Assembly (NCBI GenBank): GCA_977018835.1
Contig: OZ361258.1
Coordinates: 2,666,001 to 2,730,000, forward strand
Source: Minutocellus sp. GHC0000111
Lineage: Eukaryota
Direction: 5' to 3'
DNA length: 64,000 nucleotides
This document shows, piece after piece, positions 52,071 through 62,442 of this stretch; positions within the stretch are counted from its first letter, which is position 1, and every line of letters begins with the position of its first letter. The position numbers and the translations under genes were made by a program. The notes under the pieces are model-generated. The model searched no databases, had not been told where the DNA came from, and was given only the letters and a program-made list of their open reading frames with translations.

Positions 52071-54505
52071 ATGACGAGCGCGGGCGAAATTCCGAGCGAA
52101 TATTATGTCTCTGATGATGAAGAGAATTCCAATTCAAGCGGTGATGAGGGCAACATTGAGAATGACAAAGAGGCAAAGGAGGACGACTCCTCTGAAAGTA
52201 GTGGCTTTGAATCGGACGATGATGACGAATTGTCAACATCTTCCGATGAATCCATGATTATGCCCTACACGATCGATGACATCCAGCTGCCGCCGCACCC
52301 GAAGCGCATCAAATGGAGCGACGAGGCTTTCAGTAGTAGCACAGGCGACGGTACCGGTGGCGGTGACGACGAGGGCACAGACGCATTGTCGCTGCTCGTT
52401 TCCACCCGCCTCATCCCCGGAGGCCGACTCGGAAGACATTTCTGGACGCTGGACGATGTCCCGGAAGGTTCGAGCTTCCGCTTCAGCAATGTGTCGAACA
52501 AGGATCGACGAAGAATGAGAAAGGAAAGGATGCATAGTGTTGCCCAGGAGCGGAAGGAGGAGAAAAAGAAGGAGAAGGCCGACAGCGCGTCAGAAGCCGC
52601 TCCTCAGTGCCAAGGTGATGGAGTTAGCTCGGACATATCGTCGGGGACGACAAAAATTACGCCCGACGATTGTGTTTCCGATCATGAAGATTTGGATGAT
52701 ATCATCGGGGACACTGGTGATTATGGTAATGGTGATGATGACGACGCCGAGTCGGCGACAAGCGAGGGAAGTGGGTGGGGAGGCTCGCGACGTCTCAGTG
52801 ACATCGGAGGAGATCTGGATGATGAAGATGATGACGATGAGGAGGAGACAGATGATAATCTCGCTGCTGGTCAGCGCATTGAGCATTCAATTCAGAATAT
52901 GGATACAGTCCAGCGAGAGAAGCTGGTTGAGGCGATGATGAATGATATCCTAAAGAGTATGAGAGCCATTGAGAAGAGGAAGAGAGAAGAGAGCGAAGAA
53001 CAGCCGGAAAAGAATGACGAAGAAGGTCCTACTACGCCGATGTCAATCGATACTGAGAAGCCGGTAGATGAGAGGTTGATGCACCAATCAATCAGAGGAA
53101 ATTCGATATTGACCCTATTGATGAAGACGACAACAAAACCAACCCGGGCAACGAAGTCAAAGCTGAAACCGAAGAAGAATATGATGGGTCTGATGAAGAC
53201 GAATCTGATTTCTTCGTTGATTTGTTGACAGACGAGAATGTTGATGATTTCGTTCAGGCACAAGCGGTTGAATGGATGGACGACGCGCAGAAAGATGATG
53301 ACGACGGCGATGAGGATGAAGAGGATGAATTCGATAAATTTTTGGAGGACTATTCGAGTAGCAGGCTCAGCGATGGTGAGGAGGACGTTGGCGTCAATGC
53401 CACCGGCAGCCTTTCGCCTGGTCGTACCAACGAAGATGATGAACTGGTCTTCAAGCATAGATTCATGGACGGCGGGGATGACGTGGACATTGATGAAGAT
53501 ACTGCTGACTTGAAGAAGCCTGCTGTAGAGCAACGACGTAAAGGATCGGCCCCAGCTGCTTCTAGGGTCTCGAGCCGTTCGCAGAGGCCGGCGAGACCTA
53601 CGCTACCCCCAAGGCAGATCAGCAGCAAGAGGAATCTTAGTTCGAAATCAACTTCGAAGAAGAAAAAGAAGAAGAAATCATTTGCCAAGAGAATGTTTAA
53701 GATTTCTCTTCAAGGTGAAATAGATGAGACGAAGAGAAAGATGGAGATGAGACGCCATGGCAGTCATACGAGTGGTTTGAGCGACCACGATAGTATTGGC
53801 ACCGACCTAAACGGAAGCCACGGGAGCTTCCGATCAAATGCTACTGGTCGTGACTCCATGGGTCGTCTTGGTAGTGGTAGCGGTAGGGAGCAGTCCATGA
53901 TGCACGATCATCGTCCAGTTCCGTCAGGACGGCATGCGCAGATGCGATGGTCGACTGGTAGTGGCAGTACTGTCAGTAGTGGTGGTAGTGGGGGTAGCGT
54001 CGACGCTAGTAGGAGGCAGCATCGGCACATACCTGGAGGGAGATCTTCCGTTGCCAGAGGACAAGGTCCCCGCCCCCCGGGCAGTAGTCGGGGTTCGACC
54101 AGTAGCGTTAGAGGAAGAGGGCCTATATCCCGACCTCCTGGCGGTGCAGCACCCAGGGAAGAGCGAAGCAGCGTCAGAGGTACCGGTAGGGGTAGCGGAG
54201 CAAGGGGCACGGCGATGCGAGCTCCTGGAAGGGGAGCGAGGGGAGCACCGCCACAGCGTACTAATGTCCGGTCTGGTAGAAATTCTACCAGTGGGCAGAG
54301 CAAGAACATCAGACCACCAACCGAAGGACAACGTGGTCACAACCTGCGGACTTCTTTATCATCATCTGGCACCGGTGGAAAAGCTACTACTGCAGCACCC
54401 AAGGGCAGTAGATCTAATCAGCAGCAGCACGCCACCACTGAGGGGGAGAAGAAGAAAAAGAAGAAGCTTTTCAAGCTCAATCTCAAATCAGAGTTGGTTG
54501 ATTGA
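52071..54505 (+). CDS. Low-complexity acidic then R/G/S-rich hypothetical protein; one gene with frameshift near 53072
   Basis: Acidic composition continues in the second frame from 53072 (EVDAPINQRKFDIDPIDEDD...) into ORF 53222-54505. Confidence 0.6.
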
Positions 54506-54661
54506 CCAACTATACATGTAGAACATGGTACCGGCGGTAGATGCAGTATTTTTTCTCTCGTACGTAATAACAATTAATTAGTACTGTAGCTTAATCTATT
54601 TGGAATCCATCATGACAAAAAAACTTGGCGCAAAAGAGGACAATAGTCCAGAATAAACATT

Positions 54662-55491
54662 TTAGGCCGAGCAAAGACCTGAGCCTAGACACTCTCCGGA
54701 GCAGCAATGAGTAGAGTGAGCACAGATCGCACCTGCAGCGGAGCAAAGCAAGAGGCCAGGAAGCTCCACCTGGCTCACCACCATGTCTGAACCCGATTTC
54801 TTAACTGTGGGAAATGTAACTCTATATTGACTGTACGACACGGTGTTCTCAAACATTACCTCATCGTGGGCCATGTCTGGGGTCAAGGGCAGCGTGTGGG
54901 CGTTGCGCGCGCTAGGCAGAGCCAGATCACCGTCGGCAATCAGCTGCCAGTCTTCACTAGCACTATTCCTGCCCCGGAGGATGAATGAGGCCGGATCGCG
55001 ATCGGTTGTGTCGCTGCTCGTGTAAACGCGGATGCCGTGCACAACAGATCGTGGCCAAGCAGGGATTACCTCGAATCCCGGCTTCTTTGACCCGAAGTTC
55101 TTTACCATGAACTTGCTCGTCGTGCGGTCATAGGGACGAGTGGGGTCCGGGCTGTTGGCACCGCCCACCATAATGGCTGTGCTTTCGATTGCCAAGACTG
55201 TGGCAACTTCCTCTCCAGTAGGGCCCTCGTTGGAGGGTGTGGGAGCCGATACAGGAGCTGAAGTCGTAATAACAGGAGCTGGAGTCGGATTGACGGCACT
55301 AGTAGCCGGCGTTGGTTCAGCAGTGGCAGGGGCGGCCGTGGCGGGGCTGCCCGTAGGAGCAGACGCTTCCGTCGGCGATTCCGTTGCAGTGTCCTGTAGC
55401 ACCAAGACACTGTCCACGTTCGGTCCGCCATTTGATGTCGATGCTGTTAAACGGACAGCAATCGGACCCGGCAGACAGGTTGCATGGAGCA
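54662..55491 (-). pseudogene. 3' exon/fragment of a secreted carbohydrate-binding-type protein (CBM-like end, P/T linker, discoidin-like domain, Cys-rich tail); 5' end unclear
   Basis: GGPNVD, TESPT/APT linker, GIRVYTSSD..DRDPASFILRG..W, YSQYRVTFP, CSAAGAICAHSTHCCSGEC; probable intron 55572-55492 (gtagt...ctaat...cacag). Confidence 0.5.
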
Positions 55492-55779
55492 CTGTGGGAA
55501 GGCAGATTGTAAAGAAGGGCGAAAAAAACAGGATGCGATTAGTCTGATGACTGACACATGTAAAGCGCACTACCTGCAATTTTCACTCTGCAGCACGAAG
55601 ACACAGCATTGCACTCCGCTGCAGAAGATGGCATGGTTCCTTCTCCATTCGTCCAGGCTGCCTTGAAGCAGTTCAGAGTGTCATCCCCTAGCCCGATCGT
55701 GACCACTCTCTTGCCGCCGGCGTCTTCCTCAGGGCAGTCGACCCTGGCGATCACAACAGCCCCTAGCTAGCAGGTGACT

Positions 55780-56567
55780 TGTGCCAATTGGTACGGTTTT
55801 ACAAGGAATGTAGGTGAGGTTTCTTGGTTGTGTTTTTTTTCAGGCCATCGTCGTCTTCACCTCCACGAGCGTCATCATTGCCATCGATGGTGAGTGCGCC
55901 TTCATCGGGAACCCTGACGACCCCATGTTCGAGGCCGCGATGGAGGAGGCCAAAAACATCGGCCTTCCTGGCATCGGTTCGGTGGAAGTGTGGGCCCCGG
56001 GCGGCGCGATGGACTCGAACGTCGTCGAGTTCTATGAGGCCATCGTCGACTGCCGTGAGGGAGGTCGCGACGCCCTGAGGAACGGCAGAACACCCACCTA
56101 CGTAGGCCCGAGACTCACCGAGCTTTGCCATCGTGCTGGAGGCGAGAGTGCCTGGACGCGAGCCAGCAGTGACGAAGAAGAGGAGGAGGAGTTTCCCTGA
56201 GAGCACCCAGGAGCTCCTGCGGCGAAACGAGCCCGAAAGAACTAGTTGTGCACCATCCTTTTTGTCCTTTTCGAACGGACGCACTCAACGGTGAGCAACG
56301 GTTGTTTTCGCATCAGCGTGCACGTTGGCTCTTTGTGCTTTCTTGCTCCATTGGCTTGTGCTGCACGTCTCTGCCACTCTCCTGTCCAGCTCATGTCCCA
56401 CCTTCCCCCAAAACTGTTTTTCTCTCCATCATCGCATCGATTTGTTGGCGGCCAAGTTGACTGGCTGAAATCCGGGTTACAAATGCATCACAAGCTAGAA
56501 ATTTAGCATAATAAAATTAAAGTAGCCAAGGAACCTCACCGACAAACCCACCAGGACCATTGGCACA
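55780..56567. mobile_element. Possible decayed non-autonomous TIR element
   Basis: tgtgccaattggt at 55780 vs accattggcaca ending at 56567 (inverted, one indel); no clear TSD. Confidence 0.3.
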
Positions 56568-57117
56568 CAGAAAAAAATGTTCCTGCAGTTCCCAAGTAAG
56601 TTCCCGCCTTCCCGCCCATCCACTCTCCTGGAATTTTGGTCTGGCCGTCTTCCGCGCATACGTTGACTACTCGTACGTACATGTACGTAGAGACACTCGA
56701 TATTCCGATGACGTCAGGCCAGCTGCTGAATTTGCCCACACGGCAATTTCCAGCAAACTTCGAAACTTGCAAACTGTCCGAATTATCAACGCGCATCGCG
56801 GCACGGGCAAACAACGCAACCAACACAACGACCCCCTTACGAGTACTTAGTACCAAACCAGCCGGTAGGAAGAGTAGAGAGCAAGAGAGAGCCAAATCCC
56901 TGCGCTATGAGGAGTTCATGATCCGGGAATCTTCGTAATAGGTAGGGACTGATCGACCAGACGAGTGAGTCTTTGTGCAAGAACTCTTGAGACGGCGAAT
57001 AGCGGCAGCGCAGACTCCACTCACTCGGCACAAGACTCCGCCCCTACGAGTAAGTCGCTCGTAATTGCATCGATCTCACCTCTGCTGGATACATAGGCCT
57101 ACTATCTGCGGTGGAAG

Positions 57118-60100
57118 ATGGTCGCTACCGAGCAGCAGCAGCAGCAACGGCGGAGGAGGCGGAAGCGCGATGAGATACTGCAGACAGATAATTCCAGCAC
57201 ATCACATGCTGCTGCGGCACCACCGAGCAATGTCGGAATTTCTTCGACCGACCATCTTCCGGAAGTGTCCCACACTCACACTGACAACGCAGCGGAGAGC
57301 AGCGAGGACCAATCCGGCGATGCGAGCACCGGTTCCGACAGCGGCGGGACCGCTGATGAGTCGGGACACTTGTCCAAGAAGCGATCGCTGATACCGCAGC
57401 AGCCCATGGGCGGCGGTGGGACCGTCCAGGGCCTTGGAGGACTCGGACCCGCCAGAGTCGTTACGGCCGACGCTCCTGCAACGGGCGCCGACAGCGACGA
57501 TGGATATGCAGTCGGAATCGATTTGGAGGGCGGCACCGGAGACAGCTATGGTGACTTTGGCGGCCTGGACGGCGGTAGCACGGATCGGATGATGACCAGC
57601 GCCCCCGCCTCGCCGCGCGAAGGACAACGATCCCCGCTGTCGCCGACGCAACCGCCCAAGAATACGGGTTCGATCGGAACGGAGGGTTCCGGTGACACAA
57701 CCGCCGCGGAGACCACCGACATTACCATGGAGGAGGCCCATTCCAACGACGCCAGCGCGGCCAACAGCCCAACTCGGCCGATCGGTACGAGTCGACGAGT
57801 TCAGACGGCGCGTCCTCGACAGGGAGCAGACTCCTCTTGCGCCATGGACGCCGAGGTGACGGCTTCGGATCTTGCCGAGTCTTCCGCCAGCAGGAGTGCG
57901 CCAGCGGGATTGTCGGGACGGCATAAACTATCGGCCGATGGAGATGATGACGACAGACCAAAAGATCCCCCGGAAACGAAAAGCAGTACGAGCGACGATG
58001 GGAGCAGCGACCAGTCGTCGATCCGGTCGGCCAGTGGCCGGAGGAGGCTGCGCCGAGAACTGGAGGCGGTCGAGAAGGAACGCAGAGCCGAGGAGGGACA
58101 GGCCCAGAAGCGGAAGTTACCATCACTGCCAAAATCTCCGGAACCACCGGAACCCATCTTCCCTGCTCAGCAGCTGGAGGAAAACTTGCTCCAAGCACCA
58201 AGGAAGGAGTCCGTCCTGAGGAGCCTATCAGAGGTGTTGGGAAGAGGTTCGCTCACGATGATCAACTTATCACAACGTGGCCTTTCATCAGCTGATGCAC
58301 CTCAAATTAAGGCAGCGCTACTCCAGAATCCTCATCTGACGGCACTAAAGCTGAGCTACAACAATTTGGGTGACGAGGGAGCGGCGATAATAGCTTCCGG
58401 GATCGGACGACAGATGACGGCCGACGAGGCCGCGTCGGCGTCAGCTTCTACCTCGTTGCAGATTAGCAAGTTCAGACACCATGCATCATTGTCCCTCCTT
58501 GACGTTGGCTTCAATTGCATCGGCGACATTGGTTGTGCATCATTATCGACAATGGCGGTCGCTGGTAACTCCGAGCTCAGAACTCTGTATTTATCAGGAA
58601 ACAATATTCGAGGCCCGGGAGCAATGGCGCTTGCTGCGGCCATTGCCAAGGGAGGATGTGGTTTGTCCCGATTGCATCTATCCGCAAATCGCATTGGCAT
58701 TCTTGGCACTCGAAGTATATCCGTTGCTGTGGCGGAGGCGGAGGCAAGGCGACAACAAATTGACGCCGCCAAGGCCACGGCAGAGGCTGCGGCAGCTGCA
58801 GCTGGTACTACTCTCGGCACCGCATTCCCCACCTTACAGTCCATGCGAGAGCTTCATCTAGGAGGCGTCCATATGGGCCCCACGGGATGCTTGGCAATAT
58901 CAAACATGGTGTTGACAAACCAAACACTGCGAGTTTTGTCCTTGTCCAATAATGGCATCAATGATCGCGACCTGGCCCTCTTCTCTCAGTCCATTTCAAG
59001 AAACAAGTCTGTTCCTCTGGAAAAGATTCAATTTTCATTTAATCGAGTCACATGTGTCGGTATCGAAAGCCTGATGAATGCTATCTGGGGCTCTCCGACA
59101 TTGAAGGAGGTTCGACTCGACAATAATCACATAAAGGATCGCGGAGCTCAACTTGCTGCTGTTACATTGACTTCGGTCAATCTAATGGTTTTGGATTTGG
59201 GGTTCAATCGGATAACGACAGTCGGAATCAAAGCAATCATGAAGAGCCTATCGGAAAATACTTCGCTGGAGTCATTGGTGTTGTCAGGAAATCCCCTCGA
59301 TGTTAATGCTTCCAAGGCAGTATCCTATGCACTTGCGTACAACAGAACGCTGAAGGGATTTCATGTGGATAATTGCTCTGTCGGCTATGCTGCGCAGCGA
59401 CACATTGCTGCGGGTATTGTATCCAACTCAGGTCTGACACTTCGAGCAATTTCAGGTTTCCGTCTGGGATCGATAGCAGTCACGTTGGGTCTACCGCCGG
59501 CTTTGGACAAGTGGTCCAATGAACAAACACTGAAATTCATTCGAATAATGTGGGAACAGAAACGGCGGGAAGAATTGGAGCTTGCAGGTAGTAATGATGA
59601 AGATGACGAAGATGAATCGAACATGGACCAAGAAGATAGCGGCAAAACCAGATATTCAAAGCTGGGAAAACCAGGTCCGGCTGACCCAACTCTTGTGGTC
59701 AGCGCTGCGAAGAGTGCTTTCGAGGCAATGGGCGATTCAGAGGGCGAAGATCTTTTGGCAGATACTATTCCACCGAGGGAGCGTTTGGACAGCTGTCCTC
59801 TTGTTGTTCATGACGCGGTGATGCTTGAAAGATCTCCTTCTGGTAATATTCAGGTTCCCGTTGTTGATGAAAAGCGAGAAAGACGGTTGAGCGACGAGGT
59901 CACACCGATGCGCCGAGTGATGTCCACAAGTCCTGTTCCTGGTGCTTCAGCCAAAAAGGAAGATATTTCTTTGGATCCGGCAAAACGAAAGCGATTGGAA
60001 GAGTGGATCGGACAGCACATAACTTCTCTCACCGAGTTGGCGAATTTACCGTTTAATGACGCAGATCTTTGGAAGTTGCACCAATACTTCTTCTCTCCCG

Positions 60101-60585
60101 TGGGAACTTCAATCTTCAAGAAGTCCACTGATGGGCCTCAAACTCCAACGTCGAATGATTCTGAAGCCAAATCCTCGCCGACAAAAACGATCAATCCCAC
60201 TACTAAGAAGGCTGGCGGACTAACTCGAAAGCTATCATTTGGGCACCTTGGAGATGCAGAGGCTACCACAGAAATGTCTGGTGTCAATCGTCGGCGATCC
60301 CTGGAGATGGTCGATGGTGGAGGAAGCGGGGATAATGATGATGGTGCTCCGGCCACAAAACGAGCGCGGAGCAACAAGCCACGCATCGAATATTACCCCC
60401 GGGTGAAAAGAGCGCTTGATACCCTGCGCTATCAGACGAATCAGAACCAAGTTCTTGTCAAGTTGAGACAGCTTAAATATGTGGAGGGAGCAATGTTCCA
60501 GGGACGAAGCTTACATTGCGATGTTAGTTTGAACCCAAATGGCTTTACCACCACCGATGTAGAAGCGGTCTTGGAAATGTTGTGA
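57118..60585 (+). CDS. RNI-like leucine-rich repeat protein (LRR_6 / NLRC3-like repeats)
   Basis: Repeated LxLxxNxIGxxG units (LKLSYNNLGDEGA, LYLSGNNIRGPGA, VRLDNNHIKDRGA). Confidence 0.9.
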   Translation: MVATEQQQQQRRRRRKRDEILQTDNSSTSHAAAAPPSNVGISSTDHLPEVSHTHTDNAAESSEDQSGDASTGSDSGGTADESGHLSKKRSLIPQQPMGGGGTVQGLGGLGPARVVTADAPATGADSDDGYAVGIDLEGGTGDSYGDFGGLDGGSTDRMMTSAPASPREGQRSPLSPTQPPKNTGSIGTEGSGDTTAAETTDITMEEAHSNDASAANSPTRPIGTSRRVQTARPRQGADSSCAMDAEVTASDLAESSASRSAPAGLSGRHKLSADGDDDDRPKDPPETKSSTSDDGSSDQSSIRSASGRRRLRRELEAVEKERRAEEGQAQKRKLPSLPKSPEPPEPIFPAQQLEENLLQAPRKESVLRSLSEVLGRGSLTMINLSQRGLSSADAPQIKAALLQNPHLTALKLSYNNLGDEGAAIIASGIGRQMTADEAASASASTSLQISKFRHHASLSLLDVGFNCIGDIGCASLSTMAVAGNSELRTLYLSGNNIRGPGAMALAAAIAKGGCGLSRLHLSANRIGILGTRSISVAVAEAEARRQQIDAAKATAEAAAAAAGTTLGTAFPTLQSMRELHLGGVHMGPTGCLAISNMVLTNQTLRVLSLSNNGINDRDLALFSQSISRNKSVPLEKIQFSFNRVTCVGIESLMNAIWGSPTLKEVRLDNNHIKDRGAQLAAVTLTSVNLMVLDLGFNRITTVGIKAIMKSLSENTSLESLVLSGNPLDVNASKAVSYALAYNRTLKGFHVDNCSVGYAAQRHIAAGIVSNSGLTLRAISGFRLGSIAVTLGLPPALDKWSNEQTLKFIRIMWEQKRREELELAGSNDEDDEDESNMDQEDSGKTRYSKLGKPGPADPTLVVSAAKSAFEAMGDSEGEDLLADTIPPRERLDSCPLVVHDAVMLERSPSGNIQVPVVDEKRERRLSDEVTPMRRVMSTSPVPGASAKKEDISLDPAKRKRLEEWIGQHITSLTELANLPFNDADLWKLHQYFFSPVGTSIFKKSTDGPQTPTSNDSEAKSSPTKTINPTTKKAGGLTRKLSFGHLGDAEATTEMSGVNRRRSLEMVDGGGSGDNDDGAPATKRARSNKPRIEYYPRVKRALDTLRYQTNQNQVLVKLRQLKYVEGAMFQGRSLHCDVSLNPNGFTTTDVEAVLEML

Positions 60586-61020
60586 TCATTGAACGAGTTT
60601 CTTAGGTGGAAGTGACGGTGGGAATAGTGCAATCCAAAACGGCGGGATTGCACGCTTGCTACTTACGTACTAGCTAGTAGTCGCTATGCTACATACTACT
60701 TACTTAATATTCAATTCATATCAAATCAATTCATATACAAATGCAATGCGGTAGATACTCTCCACTCCTCTACTAACTAAAATCGATGTATTACATTAAA
60801 TGTCGGCACGGCGAAGAGAAGCAGTGGCATTGTCGAAGACTATGATCGGAACCAGCGGCTCTTCGAACTTGCGTTTCCACCAAACCAAATCCTTCTTTTC
60901 CCTCGCCATCAACCCCCACATTGACCCTTCCATGTGATAGTGGTACATGTCAATACAGTAACCCTTTTCGATTTTCGATTTCAGCAGAAGTTGATGCTCC
61001 CTGTCCGTCAACCGTCTGGC

Positions 61021-61048
61021 CTGTGAGCTGTGAGCTGTGAGCTGTGAG
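61021..61048. repeat. Microsatellite (CTGTGAG)4
   Basis: Four exact 7-bp units upstream of the rhomboid gene. Confidence 0.9.
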
Positions 61049-61136
61049 ATACCAGCACATCATATGTCCCATTCGCTATCCAGCACCGTAGTGAACCGCT
61101 GTCTGCCAATCCGGCCTACTTTCCGATTCAACACCA

Positions 61137-62372
61137 ATGGCCCGACCATGCATTCATAGTCGCTGCCACGTCGGCGGTGATCGGCGCCGGCGGTCCCTCC
61201 TCCTGTTGCTCCTGCTTGGAACCATCGGCTCTTCGTCAGCATTGTTTGGTCGGAGACGTGGAGGCAGATACCGTGGAGGCGTTCCCCGTCCGGACATTCA
61301 CCGGTATGATCCAGCCTACAAGGCTTATCGGCAAAAGGTGTACGGAGAGGCGGCAACCACATTTCGACCGCATGCCAGAGAGGATGAAGACGAAGAGGCA
61401 GCGGCGGATTACGACTATGGGCAACAACGGCAGAAACAAGATGAGGAAACTACACTATCCAAAATTCGTCGTGATGCCATAAAAAAGAAGCAGGAGCGTG
61501 AATTGGCCGTTTTGGAAAAGGCCGGAATGCGCCCCTACAAATTACAGCCTCCACCAAAGTTCGGCCGGTCTTCTCTCAGTAACAAAATCGTCATGACAAA
61601 TGTAGCAATGTACGCGTTACAGGTGTGGAAGCCTGAACTTACCCGACGATTTGCCAAGCGATCGGATCTGATATTGCAGGGGAAGGAATTGTATCGGCTG
61701 ATCACGCCAGTATTTTTGCATGGCAGTGTCCTTCATCTGATGATGAATTCTTACTCGCTACAAAATATTGGTCCGCGAATCGAAGAAACTTTTGGCAGTG
61801 GACGATTCCTCGCAACCTATTTGGCCTCTGGAATTGCGGGGAATCTACTTAGTTCATACATGTCGCCGAATCCAGCGGTGGGCGCATCTGGAGCTATCTT
61901 CGGACTAATGGGTGCCCACTATGCTTTTCTGAGTGAGAATAATCTCGGGGCTTACAGCCAAAGAGGAATAGCAGCGGTGACAGAAACAGTTGCAGTCAAT
62001 CTTTTGTTTGGATTCCTCAACCCGATGATTGACAATTGGGGTCACGGCGGCGGGCTGATCGGTGGAGCAGCAATGGCGGCAGCGATTGGGCCAAGATTGC
62101 GCATGTTGAATTTCTCTGACGGTCGACCTCCGATGGTTGTCGACCAGCCACGTTTCCGTTTGCCGAAAGCTTACGAGGAGCTCGGAAGGAAGATCAGCGC
62201 AACATTCTCTGCGCCTGAAAAGTTGACGGGCCAAACAATTCCAGTCCAGTCAGATCTTGGTGCGAATCCATGGGGCGCATCATCTTCTTCCAGATCTTTC
62301 CGAACATTAAATCCCACGAGAGAAATGCTAAAACCTCGGGCAAGATGGACTAGACCCGTATTGCCACAGTAA
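61137..62372 (+). CDS. Rhomboid-family intramembrane serine protease
   Basis: YRLITPVFLHG..HLMMN, VGASGAIFG, IDNWGHGGG. Confidence 0.93.
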   Translation: MARPCIHSRCHVGGDRRRRSLLLLLLLGTIGSSSALFGRRRGGRYRGGVPRPDIHRYDPAYKAYRQKVYGEAATTFRPHAREDEDEEAAADYDYGQQRQKQDEETTLSKIRRDAIKKKQERELAVLEKAGMRPYKLQPPPKFGRSSLSNKIVMTNVAMYALQVWKPELTRRFAKRSDLILQGKELYRLITPVFLHGSVLHLMMNSYSLQNIGPRIEETFGSGRFLATYLASGIAGNLLSSYMSPNPAVGASGAIFGLMGAHYAFLSENNLGAYSQRGIAAVTETVAVNLLFGFLNPMIDNWGHGGGLIGGAAMAAAIGPRLRMLNFSDGRPPMVVDQPRFRLPKAYEELGRKISATFSAPEKLTGQTIPVQSDLGANPWGASSSSRSFRTLNPTREMLKPRARWTRPVLPQ

Positions 62373-62442
62373 GAAAAAGTGTTTAGCACCGTATCTATCT
62401 ACAAACGATATTATTATTTATGCTCTATTGTAGTACCTAATA

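Noticed and set aside
55814..56200. 128-aa ORF as a gene
   Set aside because: Non-ATG start, no recognisable motif, lies within a putative decayed repeat
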